Shown: in pieces, positions 1-9,222 of the stretch
Position numbering within the stretch: the first letter of the stretch is position 1
Layout of the letters: each line of letters starts with the position of its first letter
NCBI RefSeq assembly: GCF_000143415.4
Contig: NW_003314480.1
Span: 1 to 19,001 of the forward strand
Source: Selaginella moellendorffii
Lineage: Eukaryota > Plantae > Lycopodiophyta
Reading direction: 5' to 3'
DNA length: 19,001 nt
The notes under the pieces: generated by a model
Told to the model about the DNA's origin: nothing
Databases searched by the model: none
Seen by the model: only the letters and a program-made list of their open reading frames with translations
Made by a program: the position numbers and the translations under genes

Positions 1-254
1 AGGCAAAAGGAATATGGCAATAGGCTAGCAGGGGCCAAAGATGGCATGAGGCCTCATGCCATCTTGATATACACACAGCTGCAGGCAAGTAAAAACATAC
101 ATGACAATACGCTAGCCATGAAATTGCAAGGGCCCAAGATGGTATGTGGCCTCATGCCATTTCTAAATGTGGTCCTAAGCCATTCCATAGTGAACATACC
201 AGGAAGCACAAGTGCCGAATATCAAGAAGAAGCAGTAGCCACACCAAAGACAGT

Positions 255-324
255 GCCGCTCGCAACACCGCAACTACTCGTAGCGCCGCTCGCAACACCA
301 CAACTGCTCGTAGCGCCGCTCGCA
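255..324 (+). repeat. 30-bp tandem repeat, ~2.3 copies (also at 16041-16110)
   Basis: Unit GCCGCTCGCAACACCGCAACTRCTCGTAGC, followed by degenerate CGCTCGCA units. Confidence 0.9.
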
Positions 325-1183
325 CAAACTACCACTCACATAACATGCCACTCGCAATGGCGCTCGCAATGCCGCAACCGCTCGTAGACGCATAAACCAC
401 AGCTCATAACGCCGCTTACACAAGCAACGCTCACTGCGCTCAGCGGAACCAAGAACACGGCACACAAAAATGATAGACCTAGGAATGAGTTCGAGAATTC
501 AAAAATAACACACGCTTGAACGTCACATCAAATCCTCTGACAAACTAGATCTTATGATTCCTCTGACAAATTTCAAACTGAGTAGCTTCTAGACTTTGCT
601 GTCGGAGGTTGAACTTTGTCACATCATGTCCTTGCCTCGATCCAGCTGTGCCATGTCAGTGATTCGAACTTTGCCATGCCATGTCAGCGATCCGCGCCAA
701 GATTATTCGCCGTGTAAAGGAATAATTATGCTGTGTGTGTACGTCCATTTATGGCAATATAAGGCCACACGCCATTCAAAGAATAATGCTAGTCGAGCAT
801 TTTTTGGTGCATTTTTGGGTTCAAAATTGCATGAGCCCACACGCTATAAAGTTTACCTGTACCAAAAATAGAAACAGCTTTATTTACTTGGGAATTTAAG
901 TGGTTGAGGCATTTTTAAACTTACAAGCACATACCCTACTTACATTCCTTTGGTTGCTTAAAATTCAAAAATATTATAAACCTTTCTTTTTGCATTTTCA
1001 ATGTTTTCAATTATGGTTTTTGATTTTCGCAGGACCAGCCTAGTAATCTATTTGCATCCCGTCATGTTTATAGCTAGCTTTTGTTTGTCCCCTTCGCTAG
1101 CCTAAGATACATCTGCTCGGCATCTGCCTCTTACAACATTTGCCCAGAAAGGGCATCTTTCTTCACGCAGCATTTGCCACATG

Positions 1184-1202
1184 TTTAGGGTTTAGGGTTT
1201 AG
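1184..1202 (+). repeat. Interstitial plant telomere repeat (TTTAGGG)x2.7 / telo-box; also at 17006-17024
   Basis: TTTAGGGTTTAGGGTTTAG. Confidence 0.8.
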
Positions 1203-1683
1203 CAATTCGGTAGCTTGATAAACATGCAAATACAGAACTTGATGCAAAATCCTTTGATATGTCACAATGCCCCTAGGACCATAAACACATTTCAATAGAG
1301 AGAGTCCTTTCATTTCATAACTCCTTACGTAGATCTTGGTGAAACCAGAGTTAGTGAAGTTGGTTTCTTGTGATCCCGCATCTGATTGTGATGTTCCTTT
1401 GCAGTGTCGATGGAAAAGTCAATGCACACCAAACTGTAGAATCTTGGAGCAAAATAACGGTCGGATCTATGGCAAATGCCACTGAAACATTGTAAGGCTC
1501 GTGTGGTCTCATGTGGTGTCCGATCGAGATGCTTCTTTGTAGGGTCATCAAGAAGAACATTGTATACCATTCTTTATTTAGCTGAACATCTGGCATTTTT
1601 GGAAATACAAGATGCTTTGGAATATCCAATCATGCATGGTATAAATATAGCGAGGGTATTAAATGATATCCCAATCATGATCT

Positions 1684-2020
1684 TTCTTTTGGATTTCGCG
1701 TGCATGCAGTCCGAGGAATGATGACGTTGCGGATTTCTTTTGGATTTCACGTGCATGCATGCGCGCGGCGATCCAGAAATTAATGGTGGCGCCCAAGTCC
1801 GAGGAATGATGACGTGGCGGGATTACCAACCGTCGTGACATTTCGCGCGTGTGAGGTTAGGTTTTGCATTGTACTCGCGCTCGCACACTCGCGCTCGCAT
1901 CTCGCTCCCACTCGCGATCACGCTCACTTCTCTACAGGTTTCTCGTGTGCATCGGCGTCCACTCGCGCTTGCATCACACTCGCGCTCGCATCGCGCTCGT
2001 GTGCATCGGCGTCCACTTCA
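1684..2020 (+). promoter_or_regulatory. Candidate promoter / 5' region of the cargo gene
   Basis: Duplicated GTCCGAGGAATGATGACGT (TGACGT core) and TTGGATTTCRCGTGCATGCA, then CG-rich ACTCGCGCTCGCA repeats upstream of the ATG at 2225. Confidence 0.35.
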
Positions 2021-2918
2021 AGACACACCCAGTTTGTAACTTCGCCGCCAACTCCGCCACCCACTCCGCCACCCACACGCAGCCCACTTGGCGTCCCGGG
2101 AGATTTCAGCGCCACTCTCCAACTGTAAGTGGCAGAGTAGCCTTGCTGCTACGATCCGCTGCACACACAGTGCATATTTGCCAGCGAGTTTGGCCTCGAT
2201 TGTCACGCCTCCATTCGGCTTTAAATGGTAAGTCTTTTAGGCCAAGTAGAAAATGGTATGAGGCCACATGCCATTCAGTAGCAACATTGGCATGCACCGA
2301 TTGGGCTCTCGAGTACAGTCTGGTTACAGATGGCGTGTAGCCTCACGCCATCTTAGGATGCAGCCTCAAGACATCTGATGCAGTGGTGAATGGCGTGTGG
2401 CCTCACATTATTTCCAGCTGCTAGCTTTTCATCTGTCAGCTCTAATTGTTGTGCATTTCTGAACAGGCGAGGAATTGCGTTCTTCTTCCAGCCACTGTCA
2501 ATGTGGATGCAGAGAAGGGGGAGGAGCTCACCAGTTGGACTTTCGGGATGGAAGGCGAGGATCTGAGGCTGTACAACACAGATGGTGGGAGAAAAGAATG
2601 CATGGGGATCCTCACCCAAGTGACAGACACTCCATGCAGTTCCATGCAAGAATATGGACTGGCACTTGTGGTAGAGACAGCGTCCGCCTTCAAGATCCAC
2701 CTTGCACATCCCAGCGGCTTCCCGGAGAGGGGCAGCGGCTATGAGGAATTCCTAGAGGGAGCTAGGGAGAGGTTGTCCAGGAGGCCCACAATTTCAAAGA
2801 CATTGCCTCGGGTTTGAACACTACACCCACCAAAAAAAAGAGCCGCAAAGAGCAGAAAGAGCAAGAAGAGGCAGCAAAAATCGTCGCAGATAATAGTACT
2901 TGTTACTATTCCAACAAA

Positions 2919-3299
2919 GTATATACAATCGACGTGAGCCGTATTGACATCCAAAGCAAATACAACCACAGGCTAGTATCTGATGAGTGGGTGGAGAAAC
3001 TGAAGCAGAAGATGCTGGCAAGTCCAGTAACACCCGACATCGCAGACGTGATCCCCTACTACCGAACAATGAAGGGCGAGATGAGGTTTCCAGACTTGAT
3101 CAATAGGAAGGTGTTGGACGATCAGAACATCCGGTTCTATGCCGTCTCCGGGCAGCATTCTAGCTTGGCGATGAAAGAGATAGTTCTGGATATTATGGTG
3201 GGCGAGGAGGTGAAGAAAGTCTTCAAGACAAGAGTTGTCAGCCTGATAAAAGGCAACTCGCCCCTCCGATCTATCATATACATCTCCCACACGCAGAAT
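2919..3299 (+). other. ParB/sulfiredoxin (ParBc/DGQHR)-like domain within the cargo gene
   Basis: YTIDVSRI..YNHRLVSDEWVEKLKQKM..P..FYAVSGQHSSLAM..IIYISHTQN follows the ParB-N pattern (R..V..L..I, Y.hh.G.HR..A, ..EN). The canonical Arg of GxxR is Ser. Motif recognition only. Confidence 0.55.
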
Positions 3300-4157
3300 G
3301 TCAAGCAAGAAACGTGTTACAAATCGGGTCTGCATGAGACATTGGCACGAACACGGAAGCTCTGGGTTCAACTAAAGAAGCCATAAAAACCAGGACAAGG
3401 ACGTGCACTAGCAACTAGCGTATGGCAGGTAAGCCTCGTTGCATGTGGCATAACATGTGGCCTCACACCATTTCCATTGCAGGAATTCTCGAGTCTTCTC
3501 TCGAAAACACTGGGGGTCAATGACACACTCAGCATCCATAACATTCTACTCGCGACAAAAGTTGTTTTTGACAAATGGGTAGATGTGCTGAGGAGGTACC
3601 ATAACGGGGAGTTGCTAAACTTAATGGGTGTGGAGGACGGCCGGAAGCCCAATGATTTGAAGCTCAACGCCTTGTGTTTCTCACGGTCTCTAGACGACGA
3701 CGACCTTCTGACAGTGGCTAATGCTCTTCTACGTGGTGAGGTAGTCTTCAACAAGACCAAAATGACTCCCGGCCATATTGTGACATACGAGGACTTGTGC
3801 ACGACTCTGAGAGCTCGTGCGCTATTGAAGGATTGGATCTTCGAGCAAGTGGCCGTGGAGAGGGTGAGCATCGACACCACGCAAGAGATGATGGAAGAGC
3901 TGGAGTTGTCAAATGAAGACATCGACGAGTACGTGAAGGGGGCCCCCAAGTTCATCGATCTGCTGCGGGATGCCACAAAAAGTAAAGCTGAGAAGTTGGA
4001 TCAGTATCCAAATTTCATTAAGAGGGATGTCGACTGCCGGCTTTAGAAACAGCTCGACCCCGCAGCAGAGGCCTATCGAGAACCTTACCGGGTATACGTG
4101 AATTCGGATGAGGATCAAAGGTGGAGGAGCATCGTTTCCCGCGGAGATGAGCAGGTC

Positions 4158-4780
4158 AAGAACATCTTTTGTGTGATGGACTTCACAAACGAGATCACTC
4201 ATGCAAACGAAGTTAGCTCCATCATTGACTTAATGGTGGGATTTGCGGAGGTGGAATCTTTAGTCCACTATATGATCTACGACTCCGAATCCTATCACAA
4301 GTTCTAGAAGGCCTTGAACGAGGTGAAGGCTCGGTTGAAAGGCAAGGAGATGCAGGAGATCCATGGGATAATGGCTAAGAAGAAGATACCGACGAATGTC
4401 CGCATCTTCACACTCGCCCTTGTTATTGGTCCTGCAGTAGAGTGTGACTGGAGTGACTTCCCAGCTTCGTTCGACAAGGCCGATCGAATTGATCTGAGGG
4501 AGGTCAATTTACCCGTGCCTGAGGAACTGAAGACGGCTATGGAGCTTTCGAATCCAGAGAAAGCTCCAGGTGTAGCATGGGAAATGCTCAGCTGGGTCTT
4601 CAACGCAATAGCGGGTGGGTCACCTGCTTCCGACTCCAAGGGCAAATGCGTTGTCGAGTACAACTGCGGCGGACTATTCTTTCGAGCCGCACTACTCAAG
4701 GGTGTCCCGTGTGTTGCGGTGACAAACTCCATTGAAGAGGTGACTTCAATAGAGCATATAATTACAGTTGCCAAAGAAAA
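4158..4780 (+). other. Degenerate N4/N6 DNA methyltransferase-like domain within the cargo gene
   Basis: SNPEKAP...MLSWVF...KGKCVVEYNCGGLFFRAALLKGVPCVAVTNSIEEV resembles the beta-class MTase C-terminus (HPxxKP..LL..LI...GDxVLDPFxGSG...AA...GR..IGxE). The DPPY position is apparently CVMDFT, so it is probably inactive. Confidence 0.4.
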
Positions 4781-6568
4781 ACAGTATCTTTTCTGTGAAC
4801 TTGGTGAGTACGCACTTTAAGTTTAAATGTTATCTCACAAGCTCTGTATGCAGAAGCGTGGCCACCCCCAGATGCTGAAACGTCGTTAACAGCTACTGTT
4901 GAAGATACCCATGTTGGGCTGAGCTCACAACCTGCACAAGGTAAGGTCACGTGAGGCCTCATGTCATTTTGATTATAGATCGTTGTGAATATTCAGACAC
5001 GAGGACTGAAAAGCGCACTGGTGGCGCGTCGAAGAAAGACAAACAGACAAGCAATAGGAAAAAAGGAGGTACAAATTATATTTGCAATGGCGTGTGGTCT
5101 CATGCCATTCCTTGCAGGAGACACTTCTTCAAAGGCAAAATAGGCAAGCACCAGCCAAGCTCAAACTGACAGTGGTCATAAAAAGCGAAAGCACGTTGGA
5201 CAGTCGTCAGGATCAGAGGCGTTTGATTCGAAAAGGAAGAAGGGCAACGAAAAGATGATAGGTAATTCGTGGTTATGGCGTGTGTGCTCATGCCATTCAT
5301 TGCAGATCAAGGGCTGAGTGAAAGCAGCCAGTCACCACCTCCTGACTCAGATTCCTATGGTGGACTCCCCTTCCCCAATCTCAATGGAGAGGTACAATGG
5401 ATGAGGGATGCTTTTCAAGCCTATGGAAGAAATGCAAGAGGGGGATGAGGAGCCAGAGAAAGATAATGAGCAGGAAGAGCAGAAGGACGAAGAGGAGGAC
5501 AAAGAAGAGGAGGACGAAGAAGAGGAGGACGAAGAGGACTTGGATGGTCCTCACAATGGTGACGATCACAATAACGACAACGACGATGATGACGACGATG
5601 GCCAGCCTGAGGTGGCCAAAGAGCAGTGGAGGAAGGTCATACAAGACAAACCATCAGGTAAATAATAGTACATCCATTCCTAACCTTTTACCATTTCTAA
5701 CATTGTCCATGTAGGTTGCAAAGCAAATGGTAAGTAGAGATTATTCAGTTGAATTAAGATACAAACTCTAGCCTTTAGTGTCGAGGAAGGATAGTGCCAA
5801 ACAAGGGTCGAAACGTATGTCCAATCCTTCAGAATCAGCAGTGCGCCCAAGTGATATCGGTCCTAGTTCCTCAATAGCAGTTGATGGTAAATACAGTATA
5901 GTCGATTCAATGTGCTAATGAGTTTGTTTTTAGTAGCCAGTAGGGAGGATACCATCTCAATCGAAGGGAGATATTTGGACATGCATATGGATCCGCCAGT
6001 GGACTCTACTTGCCTGCAAGAGTCATCAAAGCTGGTGGAGGCTACTATCCATATCAATGCCAAGCAAGCTGACCACGCTCCACTTGATGCTGCCCATACC
6101 ACTGAGTCAATCTTGTCCACATATCCAACTGACGGTGACCAGGCGCCATTGGACCCGCATGAGGCCGCCCCAGCCGCCGAGCCGGTCGTATCCTCATTTC
6201 CAACAGACTCAACGTGTGCCCAATCGTCTGACTACGCGCCGTTGGAACCTCTCTACACCACCCCTACTGCCTGTTCGGTCATGTCCACTTTGCCAACAGA
6301 GGCACCAGCTGAAATGGCGTGTGATCACACGCCATCGGAACCACCCCATGCCACTGTTGAGCCAGTTGTACCAGAGTCTACAGCTGAAATGGCATGTGCC
6401 CACACGCCATCGGATGCGATTGACCCCACATTGCAGAGGATAATATTTCCGCCCTTCACGTTTCCTCGACCAAAACCCTCTCAGCGACCATCGGGAGCAC
6501 CATTCGCTAATATTGTAGATGGTAAAATTGACTTGTACCATTTTTTATGCTGACGCATTTCATTTCAG

Positions 6569-7431
6569 AGTCACGGCGAAGGTACTGTATCGTTTTTGAT
6601 CTGAACGGTGTCCTTTTCTCCCATGAGCGTGGCTCGTCCTTGAATGTCACTGCACCCTCCAAAGCCTGCGGTCGCAAGTTGGTCAAAAGAGACAGATTCA
6701 CATTAATTACACAGGAGAAACTGCGGGATCTAATAATGACCATGTGACACTTAAAACAGAGGGCCGGGTTCAATTTGCAATTGGGAGTTTGGACATCCAT
6801 GATGCGCCACAATGCATTAACGTTGCTACAGATGATGCACGATCAGACACGAGTAATATTACCATTTGACTTTCTCCTAATGCAGGAGGATTGCTTGACT
6901 ATGGTCCATGTGAGGGGTAGCAAGCCCATCTTCGTCAAGCCAGAGGCTGTAGTGATGAACCGGACTGCTAGGTCAAGTGAAATCCTCATCATCGATGACT
7001 CGCCGATTAAAACTGCAGCGAACACGCACACATATGCAGTGCACCCCATCTCTTGCAGTATGGAAACTAGGGAGAAGAAACCGTATGTTCTGGGGGACCT
7101 TGCAAAATGGCTTGGAGCGATGGTGCTAGAGAACCGGCCAGTCCAGGAGGTGGCTGCAGAAATCAACCAAATGGCAGATGGAACGGTATATCAGAAGCCA
7201 TTTGATCGGACAGACACCAGTCATCATTTATGGCATGTATATTGTCTAGCCAAGCACTATCCGCATCTCCATAATCTGCTCAACCGGATGGGTTCTTCGA
7301 CCACTGAACATGAGCGTGGACGTATTAGAGAAGAGATGGCATTACTATTGGGTTTAAATCCTGATAGTGTGGAGAGTGATGAAATTCCAAGATTATTGTA
7401 TAGGCGTTGGAGGCAAAAAATAACAGTCTGA
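6569..7431 (+). pseudogene. FCP1/SCP (NIF, HAD-superfamily) phosphatase-like exon
   Basis: Motifs IVFDLNGVL, LGVWTSMM..NA, IFVK and ILIIDDSPIK. ORFs 6547..6747 and 6775..7431 are the same frame split by one TGA. Confidence 0.8.
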
Positions 7432-7846
7432 GATGGCATGTATTTATTTAAAAATGTAACTTATTATGGCATGGGGTTCCATGCCATTGTATTAATATTA
7501 AAAGACAATTCTTTGAGAGGATTTGCATTATACTAGAAGTGTTACAGCATGTTATTGGAAGTCTACGAAGTTGTTTTATTAATAAGGGGAAAGTAAAGAT
7601 TGAATGGGGACTTGGGCTCCACCTAGACTCGGAGCAATTGAGCCAATATTAAAAGGATGGAAAGAAATTGGACGACGATGACAAGGAGAAGAGAGAGGTG
7701 AAGCAGTGGCAGGGGGAGGAGAAGTGATTGAGTAAACATTTCCTTGTTTAAAATAAAATGGCATGTGCCTCAATGCAGTTGAATTTTGTTATATTTATAT
7801 ACTATATAAAGGTTTGGAAATCTTATTTTACAAGTGGGATAATGAC

Positions 7847-7870
7847 AATTCCCGCTTTAATGAAATAGAG
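7847..7870 (-). repeat. Right terminal inverted repeat of copy A
   Basis: Reverse complement CTCTATTTCATTAAAGCGGGAATT matches 11666-11689 CTCTATTTCGTTAAAGTGGGATTT at 21/24; two of the mismatches are CpG transitions. Confidence 0.75.
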
Positions 7871-8015
7871 GTTAGGTTGTGAATGAGACTCCTCCAAGTG
7901 GTCGGAGGTGCAGTTAAGTGACTAAAGTAAAATGGAAAAATTAGTCGCTTATAGTGATGAGCTGCCCACTGGGAAGTCCAAGACTAGACTGAACATGGAC
8001 CAACAAGCGGGGTAG

Positions 8016-9163
8016 TGTAAGGAACCAACTCGCCGAGGTGTCGTAGGCTAAGGGAACCCCGAAAGCATGACCAAAATGACAAAGAGTTCATCGGATGGGA
8101 CCAAGTCAAAGATCGAGTCCAAGACCGACTCTAGGACCGAGTTCAAGATAGAGTCCGGAATCGAGTCCAAGACCGACTCGGGGACCGAGTTCGAGTCCGA
8201 GTTCGAGACCGAGTTCGAGACGGAGTCCGAGATCCGAAATCGGGTCCGAGACCGAGTCCGAAGTCGAGTCCGAGGTCGGGCCCGAGATCGGGTCCGAGAT
8301 CGAGTCCGCGATCGAGTCCGAGACCGAATCCGAAGTCGGATCCAAAATCGGATCCGAGATCGAGCCAGAGACTAAGTCCAAATACTAATACGGGTCAAGG
8401 GGTGAAAGCCCAAAGCGTGCGTCCCCCAGGGGGGGGGGGCTGCAGGGGGTTCCAAAAGTATAGTAGGGATAGTGAGGTCCAGGAACCAGTTTAGAAGGGA
8501 CTCTCCAGTGGGGCTCCCAAACTGACTTGAGGTTGGGACTGGGACTGAGGGGCCTTGGGTGGGAGTGAGCATGGACTTGGTTGGTGCCGGAGGGGCCATC
8601 CAAGGAAGTGCTCAAGAGCAGCTCTCACTCCCGAAAGGGAAACCGATTGCGGTGCTCCCGGCTCATGTGGAGTGGTGCCCCACTTGAGTACCATGCGGCT
8701 CATTGGTCCTCGCCCTTCCTAGGGGCTTGGGCCTTCCTTCGGGATGGAAGTGGGGGGCGAGAGGTACCCATGCCGGGCCGTTAGGCCACGGTGTTTCGCC
8801 CCGGCGTCCCGAAGCAAGTGTTGCACTCAAGACTTGGGATTTAGAGGGTCCCATGATCAAGTCTTGTGGTACCAAGGGATGTTAGGAACCTGGAAGCTTG
8901 GTGTGCTTGGCTGCTTGTGCTTGCGGGGAGTGTAGCCGAACCTTAAGTCCAGTCTAACCCGGGGAGGGGGATTGGGAGTGATTTGGGAATCCGTGGAAGG
9001 ATGGCTAACGCTCCATTGCTCGTGCAGTGAGTAGTTGAAACCAAGTAGGAGCTGGTACCATAGGCGATAACCTTGGCAAGGGAACTTAGCAAGAGCCAAG
9101 GCAGTGTTGGACGAATAGACGAGGTAAGCTGGCAAATTGGAAAGGAAAAATTTGTGGCTTACA
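8016..9163 (+). repeat. LTR (~1,148 bp)
   Basis: Begins TGTAAG and ends CTTACA (6-bp inverted termini), 3 bp before the PBS. No second LTR in the window to confirm the 5' end. Confidence 0.75.
8100..8375 (+). repeat. Degenerate 6/12-bp tandem array (CGAGTC/CGAGAT/CGGGTC units) inside the LTR
   Basis: For example GATCGGGTCCGA GATCGAGTCCGC GATCGAGTCCGA; explains the RVRD-repeat ORF 8067..8375. Confidence 0.9.
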
Positions 9164-9166
9164 ATT

Positions 9167-9179
9167 TGGTATCGGAGCC
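9167..9179 (+). promoter_or_regulatory. Primer-binding site, tRNA-iMet type
   Basis: TGGTATCGGAGCC versus the canonical plant TGGTATCAGAGC. Confidence 0.9.
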
Positions 9180-9222
9180 TTTATCTCAGTTCTAGCGAAG
9201 GATAGAGGCGGATTGCTGGGAG

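Larger units (their letters stand above)
2225..7431 (+). pseudogene. Multi-exon cargo gene (~1,480 codons): N-terminal domain, ParB/Srx-like domain, helical region, degenerate DNA MTase-like domain, acidic/low-complexity linker, FCP1-like phosphatase
   Basis: Hand-built GT-AG exon model: 2225-2227 (ATG), 2467-3428, 3483-4803, 4854-4940, 4997-5068, 5118-5261, 5306-5657, 5715-5729, 5779-5814, 5878-5886, 5934-6521, 6569-7431; phases are compatible. Lesions: frameshifts near 2812 and ~5420; in-frame stops at 3384, 4044, 4305, 5141 and 6745. It could instead be two genes. Confidence 0.65.
1..7870. mobile_element. Large DNA transposon, copy A (right ~7.9 kb; left part lies before the window)
   Basis: 1-2604 is a near-identical direct repeat of 15787-19001. 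The segment ends in a 24-bp sequence (7847-7870) that is the inverted repeat of 11666-11689. The 22-bp palindrome occurs up to 7779 and not in 7871-11665. Confidence 0.75.

Noticed and set aside
46-2340. Short ORFs 46..387, 144..395, 596..871, 1814..2128, 1864..2340 and their copy-B equivalents as genes
   Set aside because: They arise from tandem repeats and from the palindrome (MRPHAI/MACG); no domains, and most change ends or length between copies.
5381-5714. Hydrophobic (minus) and basic (plus) ORFs over the acidic tract
   Set aside because: Alternative frames of the GAR/GAY-rich acidic exon.
7579-7773. Minus-strand 64-aa S/P-rich ORF near the right TIR
   Set aside because: Short, starts inside a degenerate palindrome, with little room for upstream exons within the element; cannot be supported.
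8067-8381. RVRD-repeat and SDSI-repeat ORFs
   Set aside because: Translations of the hexamer array in the LTR.
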